NCBI RefSeq assembly: GCF_036321535.1 | Contig: NC_087437.1 | Coordinates: forward strand, 23,004,001 to 23,068,000 | Origin: Camelus dromedarius | Lineage: Eukaryota | DNA length: 64,000 bases | Direction: 5' to 3' | Shown here: one piece after another, positions 24,246-35,899 of the stretch | Layout of the letters: each line of letters starts with the position of its first letter | Position numbering within the stretch: position 1 is the stretch's first letter | Notes under the pieces: model-generated | What the model was told of the DNA's origin: nothing | Database searches by the model: none | Seen by the model: only the letters and a program-made list of their open reading frames with translations | Translations under genes and position numbers: made by a program

Positions 24246-25689
24246 TTCTCCAAGGGTGTGGACTACTTCAGGAATTCTGTGTAATTTTCTCTCCCTCTTT
24301 TTAAAATGATTACTGAAGTGCAAGGCTTCCTCAGCCTGGTCACAAGCACCATGTGAGGCTCCAAGAAGCCAACACTGCCATGGCTGACACATCTTCAAGT
24401 CTGTGTCAGCACAGGATGTACCACAGCCAAACATGACACAACTGACAAGGGCCGGGACAGGTGCCCTGATAGAATCCTCAGGCAGAGTCAGCACAGGCAG
24501 AAATCTGCATGGTTTTGCTGACACAGCTTGCCAGCCTTGAGAGGCTTTTGTGGTGACCAGGGTGGCGTGGAAGGAAGTTAAGACATCAGGGGTTATAACT
24601 TTCTTTCTGCATCTTGCAGGGGTTGTAATTCATTCTGGGGAAAGCACTGGAACTTCCAGTGTTAGATCTCTGTCCTTGAATAACTTTTCTTATCCAAGAT
24701 TTGAACAAAATACAAAAGTGGTTAAATTGTTGTTTAGACTTGCCAGAGAACAGAGAAATGACTGGAACAGTTTGCCATAAAAGGAAAAGTGTTCATTTCC
24801 AAAGCCTTTCCTGAAATGATTGCTTTACTCAAATTTCAGATTTTCCCCATAAGATAGAAAACTAGCCAGAGACTCTTGGTTCAGACTGAGCTTGTTTTAT
24901 CTTAATGACATATGTGGATTCGACAGTAGAAAAGTGGGGAGATTTCAAACCTCAGATGCAACCTGAAGTTGGTATTTAGTGGGATGGGGGGAAATAGACT
25001 GAGAATAAATAGTGGGTGAATTCCAAAACTTAGAAGAAACTTTGAAATGTTCTTCATTGTGATTGTCATGAAATATCAGCTTTCAATATCCTTGTTTAAG
25101 CTCTTCTGAAGGCCTAGGCTGCTATGATTTGGCCAGTGTAGAGAACGGGTGTACATTCATTACTGTGTGGTAACTTCCCAGCCAAAGCCCTATCTTGGGA
25201 CAGAATGCTTGTCATCTGCTTAGTTGTTTCATAGCAATTCAATAAAGGGAGCATCTTTTCTGTTACAAAAGGGAAATTCCATTTTAAAAAGCTGGGTAAT
25301 TGTATGCAGTTGAAATCAACCCCGAAATAATATTGGAACCAGATCAGATTCTGAGGTTAACATAGATATCTTGGGACGTATTCAACAGTTTGGTGACAAA
25401 AGCCCACCTCCTGGGATTTATAGCCTGAGAGACTTTCATCCAATTTGGAAGCAAATTAAATGGGAAGACTTGAGCAGAACAGGCAGCTCCCCAAAATATG
25501 TAGAGCTCAGACATTTACCAAACGTATTGTATTTCAACTAAGTGTCAGGTATAGTGTTGTACAGTACAGTTCAGTGCAGTAAGACATAGTTCTGACCTCA
25601 AGAAGTTTACAGATTAAGGAATTACTGCATAGGTTTTTTTGTTTTGTTTTTGTTTTGCTTTTTAAAATCTTTTTAATGTCATGGGCTCT

Positions 25690-26062
25690 GGATTGGTTAG
25701 GATTAAATTCAGCTAGAAGTGATGGAAATCTCCAAACAAACAAGGCTTAAACAAGGTTTTTTTTTTTTTCCTTCCTACAAATCTAAGCAGTCTGTAACTG
25801 GAATGTCATCTCCATGGTCATTGAGAATGTAGGCTTCTAATTTATTTTCCTGTCATCTTCAACAGTTGACTTCCATCTCCTATTCCAAGATGGCTGGTCA
25901 ATCCCTGGCCATCATGTTGATGTGAAGAGGGTGGAGATAATCTCTCTTTCTTTACTAACATGGTCATCTGTTGATACTTTGCTGTAAGGAAAGGTGGATA
26001 ATTGTTTTTATTCTGACATTTCTGTTCTCAGCTAAAAATGAAGGGAAGGATGGATTTGGGGA
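25690..26062 (-). mobile_element. MLT1 (J/K-like) LTR
   Basis: ggttaggattaaattcagct...ggcttaaacaag...ccaagatggctg...gaaggatggatttgggg. Confidence 0.55.
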
Positions 26063-26263
26063 GGGTTCACAATCATCATTCTATGTGACAGTCACCTTTT
26101 AAGAATCTTTTCAAAAGCTAAGGTCCCTTTAGAAAAAATCACATTAGGTACACACACATTTTTATATGATTTTAGAATTTTTGCAGATTTCTCTTCTAGA
26201 GTCTGACCAAGTTCCCCAGGAATATGAAAATATGTAAATAACACTTTTCATTGGCACCACTGG

Positions 26264-26321
26264 TGTCACAAATAGGATTCTCCAGGAAGCAGATCTGAGA
26301 TGGCGTTAGAAGTCTTAAAGG

Positions 26322-26376
<55 letters not shown>

Positions 26377-26719
26377 GTGGGGGATGGGATAACACTTGTA
26401 GAAATAAAAGGAGAGAAAATAGGGTTGGGCAGGTGTCAGATAACTATGCAGAACTGAGAAAACTCTGCTAACTCAGAGTTTTTGAGCAAAGATTGCCTGT
26501 CAGAGAAGTCTCACACCGGGCAGAAATGGCAAAGCCTCACTGCCTTGCTTAATCATTGACTGGTGGCTTTCCTGGCTAGAGTGAGACCTAGAGGGTAATG
26601 TTTAAGGGAGATCCTGAAGGAGATAAAAGCTGGAGGCAATCTGCTAATCACAGTCTTTGCAACTGGGCAGGAGTCCTTTCTTGAAGGCATCTGGGTGGTG
26701 CATCTCCTTGTCTGCCACA
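26264..26719 (-). mobile_element. LTR16-family ERVL LTR
   Basis: ttctccaggaagcagatctgagatgg...gagcaaagattgcc...gggcagaaatggc...ctgggtggtgcatctccttgtctgccaca. Confidence 0.75.
26323..26372. repeat. (TG)25 microsatellite
   Basis: Direct observation, perfect repeat. Confidence 0.98.
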
Positions 26720-27489
26720 ACCAGCTACCATTCAGAGGTTTGAATTACTGTAGGACCATCAAAGCCTGCTGTGGGTGTTAATGTCACCCTTGCAAAATTA
26801 TACCTCTGTGTTAGCACTGAAATTCTCAAAGATCTTTTCATTTGTTTATATTGCATGTTGAGTTCATGATGAAGCCCTGTAACAATGCCTTTGGCCATTT
26901 GTAATGAATGGCCCAGAAAAGGAGCAGGACAGCGTCACTTGAGGATAACAAATGGAGGAGAAGCTTCAGCACCTGAGCCTGCGGCTGAAACATCATCTCC
27001 ACTGTCACCTACGAAGCTGAGAGGAGCTAATGCTGGCCAACAGTTTGAGTCATGGACACTGCCCATAATCTGAGAGTGAGTTTAGTGGCAATGATTGCTA
27101 TATCAGACCAAAGAGTGACATACCAATATTCTGTGTCTAGTTCAGGAAGGAAGAATGTAGATTCTACATGAAAAATGGGACAAAATAGCTTGATTGCTTA
27201 AAATGATCAAAATAGATCTCAGTTAGTCTTGTGGAAGTTCAACTCACCTCCTATCAGTATTTCTCAATTATTCACATAATTTAAGACCTAGGAGTTGTAG
27301 CGTAATTAGGAAGTTATCAGCAAGATGCTGCATGACTTATCCACAGTGAGCTTGCTCAGTGCCAGGAAGGCCTCCACCGTGAGAATGCTAACCATATAGC
27401 GAAAATGTGAATTTGAGATATCCAGTTTCATATTTTCTTTCTTTCCTTTTGGACAGCAAGTGCTGAGAGTTAATTATACTCTTCAGTTC

Positions 27490-27915
27490 ATGGCATGTTA
27501 ATTCATTGTATTATATAAGGCTTTATCCTAATTTAATTTTATTTTTCTCTGATTATCTTCAGTCCTGATCCTGTTCCCTGCATAGGCATTCAGTCTAGTA
27601 TGTTTGATATATGTCCTTCAGTAGATCTGTATCCTTGTAAAATCTACAGATTCTTCTGTGACTTATCTATATTTTAAATGTCTGTACACACTACTTTATA
27701 GCTCTCTCTTAATTTTAAAAATCTGAACACTGTGTTTTAAAGTAATACTCATGTTACTGCACATCCATCCAGTTCTTTGCTTCTAACTGCTGCCTAAGAT
27801 TCTAGAGTGCATCCACACCACTTTATTGATCCCTTCCCTAGTGATAGATCTCTTAGGTCACCTCCAACTCCTTGATGACACCATCAGTGCTTTTGAGAGT
27901 CACATCTCCTGAGAT
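27490..27915 (-). mobile_element. Old L1M 3' fragment
   Basis: catgttactgcacatccatccagttctttgcttctaactgctgc...ccacaccactttattgatcccttccctagtgatag. Confidence 0.55.
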
Positions 27916-28011
27916 AAGATGCATGAAATGTAAGCAGTAACTCATTGCCTTTAATGCACTCTAAGAGTTGGAACTACAAAAACTGTTGGAACAGCAACAA
28001 ATCTGCTAGCA

Positions 28012-28204
28012 CAGTGGTACCCATCAGGGAGCGAGGTGGCTCTCCTCAGGTCAGGAGACGTTAGGCAGTATCTGGAAACATTTTTGATTGTCGTGACTGG
28101 CATCTGGTGAGTGGAGGCTAGGGAGGCTGCCATGCAAGATAGCTCCCTACAAGAAAGAATGATTCAATCTAAAATGTCAATAGCACCGTGACTGAAAAAC
28201 TCTG
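28012..28204. mobile_element. MER20 (hAT-Charlie MITE)
   Basis: cagtgg...ggcagtatctggaaacatttttgattgtcgtgactgg...aaaatgtcaatagc...gaaaaactctg; 8-bp TSD-like tgctagca/taatagca (6/8). Confidence 0.85.
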
Positions 28205-28552
28205 TAATAGCAGAATTACTTTTAACTATGCAAATGTGTTCCCTTTGCATTCTCTGAGTTTTGATCTGGTTTGGTTTTCTTGCTTCTGCTTCCTTGCTGT
28301 ACTGTGACACTGACATTCCTTCCACTGTTTGTCTTGCTTTATTTATTGGCTTTGACTTCTGCTCTGTCTTGTTCCTCTAACCCTGGCCACCTGTTTTGAT
28401 GGGAGTCAATTTCTGGCAATTTCTATCTGCATACCTGTTACCAGCTCCTATTTAATGGCTTGACTTTCCATCCCAATTCTTCCCATTCCTTAATATAACA
28501 AAGTAATGTTTCTTGCTGTAAATTAATAACTTGATACTCTGATTCATGCATT

Positions 28553-28972
28553 TGTGGAAAAGATGTTCGTCACCAAATAATCTTCCTTCTCCATTTCTGC
28601 CTTATTAACTGAACCCCAATTTTATTCCATGTGGAATCAGTAAAAAATTAAATATCCAGGCCTCCTTTTCAGTTATTCATGACATGTAAGCAATCTTTTA
28701 GATGGATCTTCCAAATGGTCCTTAAAAAGAAGACCAACAATTATCATGCCCCTTTTTTGCTCTCTTCCTTTTCTTCCTTACTTCTTCCTGGAATGTGGAC
28801 ATCCTGGACATCTTGAATAATGTGGCAACCCTAATGATGGAAGTCAGGGGTAAGAATAGTGGAGCAGAGAGAAAGTTTGGGTCCATGTTGATAGTGCAAC
28901 CACTATATCAGCCCTGGTTCTCAACTTTGGAGTTATTTTATGCAAGAGAGAAATAGTACTGTCTGATTTAAT
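28553..28972 (+). mobile_element. MLT1 (I/J-like) LTR
   Basis: ttaactgaaccccaattttattc...cttcctggaatgtggac...ggagcagagagaaagtttgggtcc...gagagaaatag. Confidence 0.6.
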
Positions 28973-29088
28973 GATAGTGTGAACTTAGCTCATGTAAATC
29001 TCCCCCTCCCCCAATGCCGACAGAAGGAGGTGCTACTGGCAGAATGGAGTCTAAACCTGGAAAGCTAACGATACTAATTCTAGACAAA

Positions 29089-30063
29089 GCTGGACTCATG
29101 AAAGTAAATTCTCCACTCTGAAACCTCCCACCTGTCTGCCACTTTTTCCAGGTGATAGACTTTGACCTCACCTGCCTTCAAGCTTCAAGATTCACACTGT
29201 TACAAGCCTTCAACATAAACTATCCACCCATGAAACCATCTTTTCTATTTCTAAAACATTATTTTAGAAAATGTTAACCATATATATGTGATATTGTCAT
29301 GTATTATTTACCTGAAAATATTAGCGAGAAGCAATACCTCATAATCTGGAAAAGGTAACTGACCTTCAAATCTTGAGAAAACATCAAATTTCTAAACTGA
29401 CCAAGAAAGTGGTCAAGAATCATTATTGATTTTAAAATATCATCTCAGGAGAAAAACTTCTTTTTTACCTTAGATGCCATCCCAAACGGACTTAATTTTT
29501 GTGGAGCTTAAGGAACATGTGAGTTTTATTCAAGAAAGCCAAAAAACCCCATGTTCAGAGGACCTGGGGCAACAGAAGTGCTAAGTCTTTCATCAAAGCC
29601 CTGCTGTGTGATTGATGGATTAATGTTGGGAGACTTTCCTTAACCGTCTCCATTCTGTCCTAGAAAAAGAAATATCATATAGTGAAGAATGTGTTATGGT
29701 GTTGTTAGATCTATAGCTGTCCTTTACAGATTGCAAGGAGGTTGTGCCATAATAGTTTAGGTCATGGATGGCCAATAAGAAAGTGGAACTGAGCTCATCC
29801 TCAATTATGATGTTATTTTTATGTGGCTGGATGAACAATGGCATTACCAATATCCGTCTCATCCAGAGATACCAAGGGTTAATATTCTGACTGGATGACT
29901 GACCGCCTAAGGATGCTTCAGAAATTATAAGATCAAAGTAACAATAATCCATCTGAGGATTATTACTGCAACTGCTGAAGTGAAATCAACTTCATGGATT
30001 TGGAAATACCAGTGCAACCACCTTAGAATAGGATATCCACTTCTATAAGGATTGTGCTAGATC
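29089..30063 (+). mobile_element. Degenerate Penelope-like retroelement (PLE) RT fossil
   Basis: Frameshifted peptides in PLE order: QHKLSTHE(29211), NIILENVN..DIVM..KY*REA(29255-29333), GPGATEVLS/FIKALL(29560), GDF/LNRLHSV..EECVMVLLD(29629-29710), GTELILNYDVIFMWLDEQW(29785), IRLIQRYQGLIF*(29852), SEINFMDLEI(29979), NRISTS(30027). Confidence 0.7.
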
Positions 30064-30689
30064 AAGGTATAGAGGTATTTATTACACGAGCTGGGGAGGC
30101 TGGGATTCATTGTCTCTAGTCCTGGAATATTTCTAGGCCAAAGTATGCAACCTGAGGAATGACCCCTTTCCTCTGTCTACCTGAAGCATGGGGTAGACCC
30201 AGTGCCTGGGGTGTACTCTATAGACATTGCTGTCTGAATGAATTAGTGCTGAGTTACCTGCATTTGTTCGGTGGAGTTTATGAAAGCCTGGCCAGTGTCT
30301 CTCTCTTTTTTTTTTTTTTTTTAAACCATTACTGACATCAGTGGACACAGGCAAAAGAGAAGTTAGAGCCAATTCCTGGGGCAAAGCTGGAGAACAGAGA
30401 CCATCAGGACAGAAGCAATAGTGTGATATTAGGAAATACAGGTGCATACCTATTGTTTGGATGGATAACCTTAAATCTTTCAGTCTCTTGGGACAACCTT
30501 ATTCAAGATTTAATCAGATTACCTTGAACCCCAACCCTGTGGTCCTCCCCAACCTTTACAAGGATCTCAGAGCTTTAGTTGTCCTGATTCACTTTAGTTT
30601 TGAGTCCTGACTTCTGAATTGTCACTTGTCTGTTGTCAGTTTCATGTAGCGCCTCTTTAGAATCAGCGTCACCAGGCTGGACATTATCT

Positions 30690-30800
30690 ACCTTATTTTT
30701 CAAAGTACAAGGAAATATGACATAAGTAGCCACCTTCTTGCAGGAAAACAGAGGTACAGAGTGGTTCAGTGATTTGCCCAAAGTCACCCAGCTAGTAAGT
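30690..30800 (-). mobile_element. MIR SINE fragment
   Basis: ggaaaacagaggtacagagtggttcagtgatttgcccaaagtcacccagctagtaagt. Confidence 0.7.
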
Positions 30801-30829
30801 TAGAAAGAAGGCAACAGCATGGATCATGT

Positions 30830-31190
30830 TCTCAGGGACCTTACAGTCTTGTGACAAGGCAAACAATGACCATACAAAGGGATCAGAAGTGCTGTCATGG
30901 AGGGATGGAGGGTGGGGGTGGAGATGCTCTGCCTGGTAGAGGAAGAATCCCCTCAGACAGAGAGGACTGTATTACCCTGGAGACAAGACTTGAAAGACAA
31001 AAGACAAAAGCTGTGGGTCGGGGGGAGGGTAGGCATCCTGAATCACCAAGTCTAGGAAGTAGCAACAGTGGTTAGAAGGCTATTTAGATAGAAGTGTGCC
31101 ATGATGAGGAGCTTAGCTTTTATACTGTGGACATCAGGAGGCCACTGAAGGATTTTATGCAGGAGCATGACGTGACTGAATTTGTAGGTT
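30830..31190 (-). mobile_element. L2 LINE fragment
   Basis: ggagcttagcttttatactgtggacatcaggaggccactgaaggattttatgcaggagcatgacgtgactgaatttg. Confidence 0.65.
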
Positions 31191-32509
31191 ATGCTATTTT
31201 AATGAGTCCTCTGCTCACCGGCCATGCCCTTATTCCCTACTGAAGCTTGTTTCTGATGTGCTATGGAACATGGATCTGTGTACTCAGAAACTGCCAGCAC
31301 GCTGACTCACTGTGAGAATCAGCGCCGTACCAGGCGTGCCATCGTCTGCCCCCAGTTACAAGGAAGCCACCCCTTCCTCCATCACATCTCTGGGTGTGTT
31401 GTTCTCCCATGTCCGAAAAAGACAGCTTCAGTGCCCTGAGCCGTATTCCTTCCAACTGCATCTCCAGCCTCCCTCAGAAAACAGAATAATGGCCCACGTG
31501 GAAGAGAAGGATCAGCGCACCAACCCATAGGCCCTGCCGTGCAGGTGACGCTGGCCTCAGCCAAGCCTCGATGACCTTCCCAATCACATTCTCGATTCTT
31601 CTCCCTTGAAGGCTCTGGGGTCTTGAACCAGCAGCCACTTCCTTCCGTTGCAGGTGTCTCAGAAATGGGGTTACTTGCTCAGTCTGTGGCAGCTAAAGGC
31701 ATGAGGTGCCCTTGAGAGAGACTCTCGCTGGTTCTGAAAAATACGGCTCTCTGAAATATGGTGGAACTGCTCTCTTATCATTTATTAAGATGTCACAAAG
31801 TTTCTGCCAACTCTGCCCTTTCAAATCGCAACCTCAAATTCTAAAATGGAGCACAGAGCAGCAATTATCTTAAAATTCTCCTAATCATTCTGCCGCAAGT
31901 AACCTTTTCCCAGTCTAGCAGCATAGAGTTTTCCTTCAAAGGAAATGCTCCAAACTTCATTTCTAATATTTTTTCCCAAGGCAGTTGAAACTATCTGAAA
32001 TGTACATAAGACTTATAAAATGGAAATAAAATTACTTTAGTGAGATTTTAAACTCATCCTGAGTTTCTGAAGTCATAGTTCTCCTCCGGGACAGGACTGA
32101 GGTAAAATGATACCGTAAGAAACATTTGCACATACCTTGTTGGCAAAATTTCTCTCGAGGATGTCTGCTTTCAGATTTTATTCCTTAGTGGGACAGTACA
32201 GTTATGTACTACCTCTCCCAGAGTAATTTTCATTTTGAGACTAATTGCTGCATTGCAGGATCCAGATTACCCTAGCTGAGCCTTGGATGAATCGAGCAGT
32301 GGGGCTGGGCAAATCCAGCCCCTCTTTAATGAATACTAATATGTATTTATTTATTAACCTAGGGATGGAGAAATCTCTAGGAAAAATAAATCTTGAGTTG
32401 TGTTCACAAATTGCCTTTGGACTTATATAGACATGCCATCTGATGGACTTGGGGGCCAGGAAGCTCGGTATCAGTAATCATATGATTGTACGTGTATATG
32501 GTGGTTTAA

Positions 32510-32640
32510 TTCCTGTTTATCTCTCCCACTAGACTGTAAGCTCCATGAGGGTGGGGCCATGTGTGTTTTTTCCTCATCGTTATATTTCCCATGCACAGCA
32601 TAGGGCACAGAAGTGTAAACTGGCATTTGTGGGAAGAATT
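32510..32640 (+). mobile_element. L2 LINE 3' end
   Basis: tctctcccactagactgtaagctccatgagggtggggccatgtgtgtttt. Confidence 0.75.
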
Positions 32641-32701
32641 AAATGGCCAGGAAGCTACTTGAGGGAAACACATGAGATAGACAAAGAGGAAACAGCATGT
32701 G

Positions 32702-33164
32702 TGTCTTAGTCATCTCAGGCTGCCCTAACAAACTGCCACAGTCCGGGTGGCTTAAACAACAGAAATTTATATTTTACATTCCTGGAGGTTGGAAAATCCA
32801 AGATTATGGTGTTGGTCAATTTGGTTCCTGGTAAGAGTTCTCTTCTTGGCTTGCAGGTGACTGCCTTCTCACTGGGCTTCACATGGTGGTGGGGGTGGTG
32901 GTGGTGGTGGAGATGTGGAGGGAGGAGAGAAAGACAGAGACAGACAGACAGAAAGAGAAACAGAGAAAGAGAAGGAGAAACAGAAAGAAGGAGAGGGAGA
33001 TATCCCTTCCTGTTCTTCTAAAGCCACAGTCCTTTTGAATTAGGGCCCCACCCTTATGACCTCATTTAACCTTAATTATCTCTGAAAGACCCTAACTCCA
33101 GATATAGTCACATTGGGCGTTAGGGATTCAACATGTGAATTTTGGGAGGGCATAAACCTATAAT
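32702..33164 (-). mobile_element. MLT1A-like LTR with internal (GGT)n/(GA)-rich expansion
   Basis: tgtcttagtc...gggtggcttaaacaacagaaattta...agggccccacccttatgacctcatttaaccttaattatctc...tcaacatgtgaattttggga. Confidence 0.85.
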
Positions 33165-33167
33165 AAT

Positions 33168-33370
33168 AGGTTTCAGAATCAGAAGGACCTAAGGTAAAAT
33201 AATGATAATTTACTTTGGATCTGTACAGTTTCAGACAGTTTAAAGTTTCTGAGTCTGTTTCCTTGTTTGAAAATGAAGATAATACTAGCTACCTGCAGGT
33301 TTATAAGAAGAATAAATAATATAAATAACACTTGACTCAGGACTCAGGACAGGAGCTCAACAAGAAGCTG
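33168..33370 (+). mobile_element. MIR SINE
   Basis: ttctgagtctgtttccttgtttgaaaatgaagataatactagctacc. Confidence 0.55.
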
Positions 33371-34129
33371 TTTATTCTCCTTGCAGGGCTTGCCTCGGGC
33401 TGGGTCCAAGTGGGACTGACACATGCAAAGCAAACTGGGCAGTGGGATTCCAGAAGCCTCTTTACATGGGGATCCTTGATGTGGAAGAATCTGGGTTCAA
33501 GAAGCCTGACTAGTGAATATCATATAGGTGAGATGAGTTTGAGAATGACTAACTGGTCCTTTAGATCTTTCCGAGCCTTCATTCAGCTGGTACCCAAGTA
33601 CTGTGGTGACCAGGGGCAGGAATGAAGATGTCAATAAACATGATGAGTGAGTTCATTATGAAGCCTGTGTAGGAAATATTAATAGCCTTATTTAGGTATT
33701 TCTCTAATAGGTTGGAGAGAGGAGAGAAAGAAAGAGAGATTGATTCTTTGCTATAACATGATAGAATAAAGTCCAAGTCTGGAATCTTGAGTTTTCTGGT
33801 GTCCCAACTGTGACCATGCTTGAAAGTGCCCAGTGACTATCTGATGAGAAATAGTGGTGCCCTTCTGACCTGACAGTATCCAGCAGATATCTGGCAGAAG
33901 GAAGAATTTGTGTCCATGTAGAAGCAGGCATTTTCCAAAGCATGTCTGCTAGAAATACTGTAGCTTCTTTTCAGGTGGGTGAAATCCAACCTGAGCAGAA
34001 AAGATGGGATGATCTGGATGATTACTGTTAATATGAGTTCTTCAGGGCTGGTAAGTCTAGAGGTCTTTAGCTGCCTGGTATTTTTATTGGCAATTTAGTG
34101 AAGTATACAGGCAGGAGAGCTGAATCTGC

Positions 34130-34310
34130 AACCAAAAGTCCCACCTGGAGCAAATTCAGTTCTGTTACTTGCCAAGTATATAATCTTTTTTTTTTTTAAT
34201 GCAAGAGTTAGCTTCTTTATATGTATGACAATGATCATATTATCCTACAGGATGATTTTATAGATTGAATGAGATGAAGTATGAAGCACTTAGCACCTAG
34301 TGTGCAGTGG
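34130..34310 (+). mobile_element. MIR SINE fragment
   Basis: caaattcagttctgttacttgcc...gattgaatgagatgaagtatgaagcacttagcac. Confidence 0.55.
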
Positions 34311-35347
34311 ACATGTTTGCTGAATTGAGTTGCCTAGGTAGGCAAGACTCGTGGAATTTTTCCACCCTTACCATCAACTGTGTTCACTTTAGCAAGTGTT
34401 TAATGATTGCTGACTTATTTCCAGACTCTACCTTCACACAATCTGTCGATCCTACCAATTTCTCTGATTCGTTTCTACCAAGTTCTGTTTCTTTAAATAT
34501 ATTTTATAATTAGTAGTAGGGACTGGTTTTATGACTGCAGCTTCATTGCTGAGGCAGCATTTTGAGTGAATCCCCATGATGGTCCCAGGAAGGGCGAATC
34601 CTACTGGACTCATGCTGCATGGAACTTCTGAGAGCATTTCCTAACTGATGTTTTCCAGAGGAACTCTGGCTTCATCACTTCCTTGGGACCTTGGTTAAGC
34701 TTGGGACCTTGGGACCTTCGTTAAGCTTTTGTAAACATTTCTATTCTTTTGGGCTGAATTCTTAATTTATTAAAGGAAAGGTGTTAAGGTGGAGGAGATG
34801 AGTTTAAAGAAATGTAGTGACTCAGTGCTAAGGATGATCAGTCCTAAAGAGAACTTGATTGGTTTACCCTGACCCTGAATTAGATCCTCTAACTTTAGCA
34901 AATGTTAAGCTTATAATTCAGCAAGTGATGAGAAATTAATTGGCATCTGGTATTATTTTTCTGTGTTGTATGTTGTTTCTTTAGAAACAAGAGGACTTAA
35001 ATTGGGCTTCTTCCCAAAGTTTGAGCTCTCCTTATTCCCAAAGGAGGAGTAACAGATTTTTGTGAAAAAAAGAAAGAGTTTTAGACATAATGGACTTGAC
35101 CTAAAGAGCAGGAGAGAACTCTGGTGGTACTTGGTATTCTCGATGGGTAATTGCTCTACCCGAGAGGTTGATACCTCAAACACTGAGAAGGAAAACAAAG
35201 GGTTGCAGGTGGCCCAATGAGGGCACCTGGAGGTGTCAGGACCCTGAAGTAAATGCCTCCCCTGAGCACTGGGGGATGGCCGCTGGACTCAGTGAAGTGG
35301 TCCCTGGTGAAGCTCGGTACAGAGGGGGTGGAGCCACAGACCAGACA

Positions 35348-35470
35348 TTTTTTTTACATGCAGCTGTCCAGTTTTCCCAACACCACTTGATGAAGAGACT
35401 GTCTTTTCTCCATTATATATTCTTGCCTCCTTTGTCAAAGATTCATTGAGCAAAAGTCTGTGGGTTTATT
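35348..35470 (-). mobile_element. Isolated L1 ORF2 internal fragment
   Basis: Reverse strand reads ...[27 protein letters not shown] then A8; close to the L1 ORF2 consensus. Confidence 0.85.
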
Positions 35471-35899
35471 GCAGCCACAAGCCTTTGAAAGAAATTCATA
35501 GGCTTGGTCAGGGAGCATCTCCATTATTGACCTGGTAGACTGATAACCTAATGCCTCATTCTTATCTTTGCAGATTAAAGTTCTAGAAAAATGGATGTGA
35601 AGGTGAGGAAACCATGAAAAAAATTGATACTAGAAATCTTGTTGGCCTTGGTCAACAGATGCAGGGTTTTTAGGCAGTTTAGTGTGACTAAGGAATGTGA
35701 TCTATCTTGCACACTGTGGGCTGTTGAGCAAATTATACATGTTACAAGTCGTCTTAGTTCTGTGATAAAGAACTACTCCCTCAGTAGGTTATTTACATGC
35801 CTAAATGGAGGCATGAAACCATTGTTGTTTTGTTGATGGGAAAGTTTTCTTAAAAACAGAAAAATAAAATAGGCAAAATATCAAATTAGCATATTAAAA

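Noticed and set aside
29474..29518. 45-nt plus-strand exon-like segment (ccttAG|ATG...CAT|GTgagt)
   Set aside because: Lies inside the Penelope-like fossil with no partner exons or recognisable peptide; likely a pseudo-exon, though exonisation cannot be excluded.
34681..34728. 22-bp local duplication (ccttgggacctt(g/c)gttaagctt)
   Set aside because: Ordinary replication-slippage duplication with no further structure.
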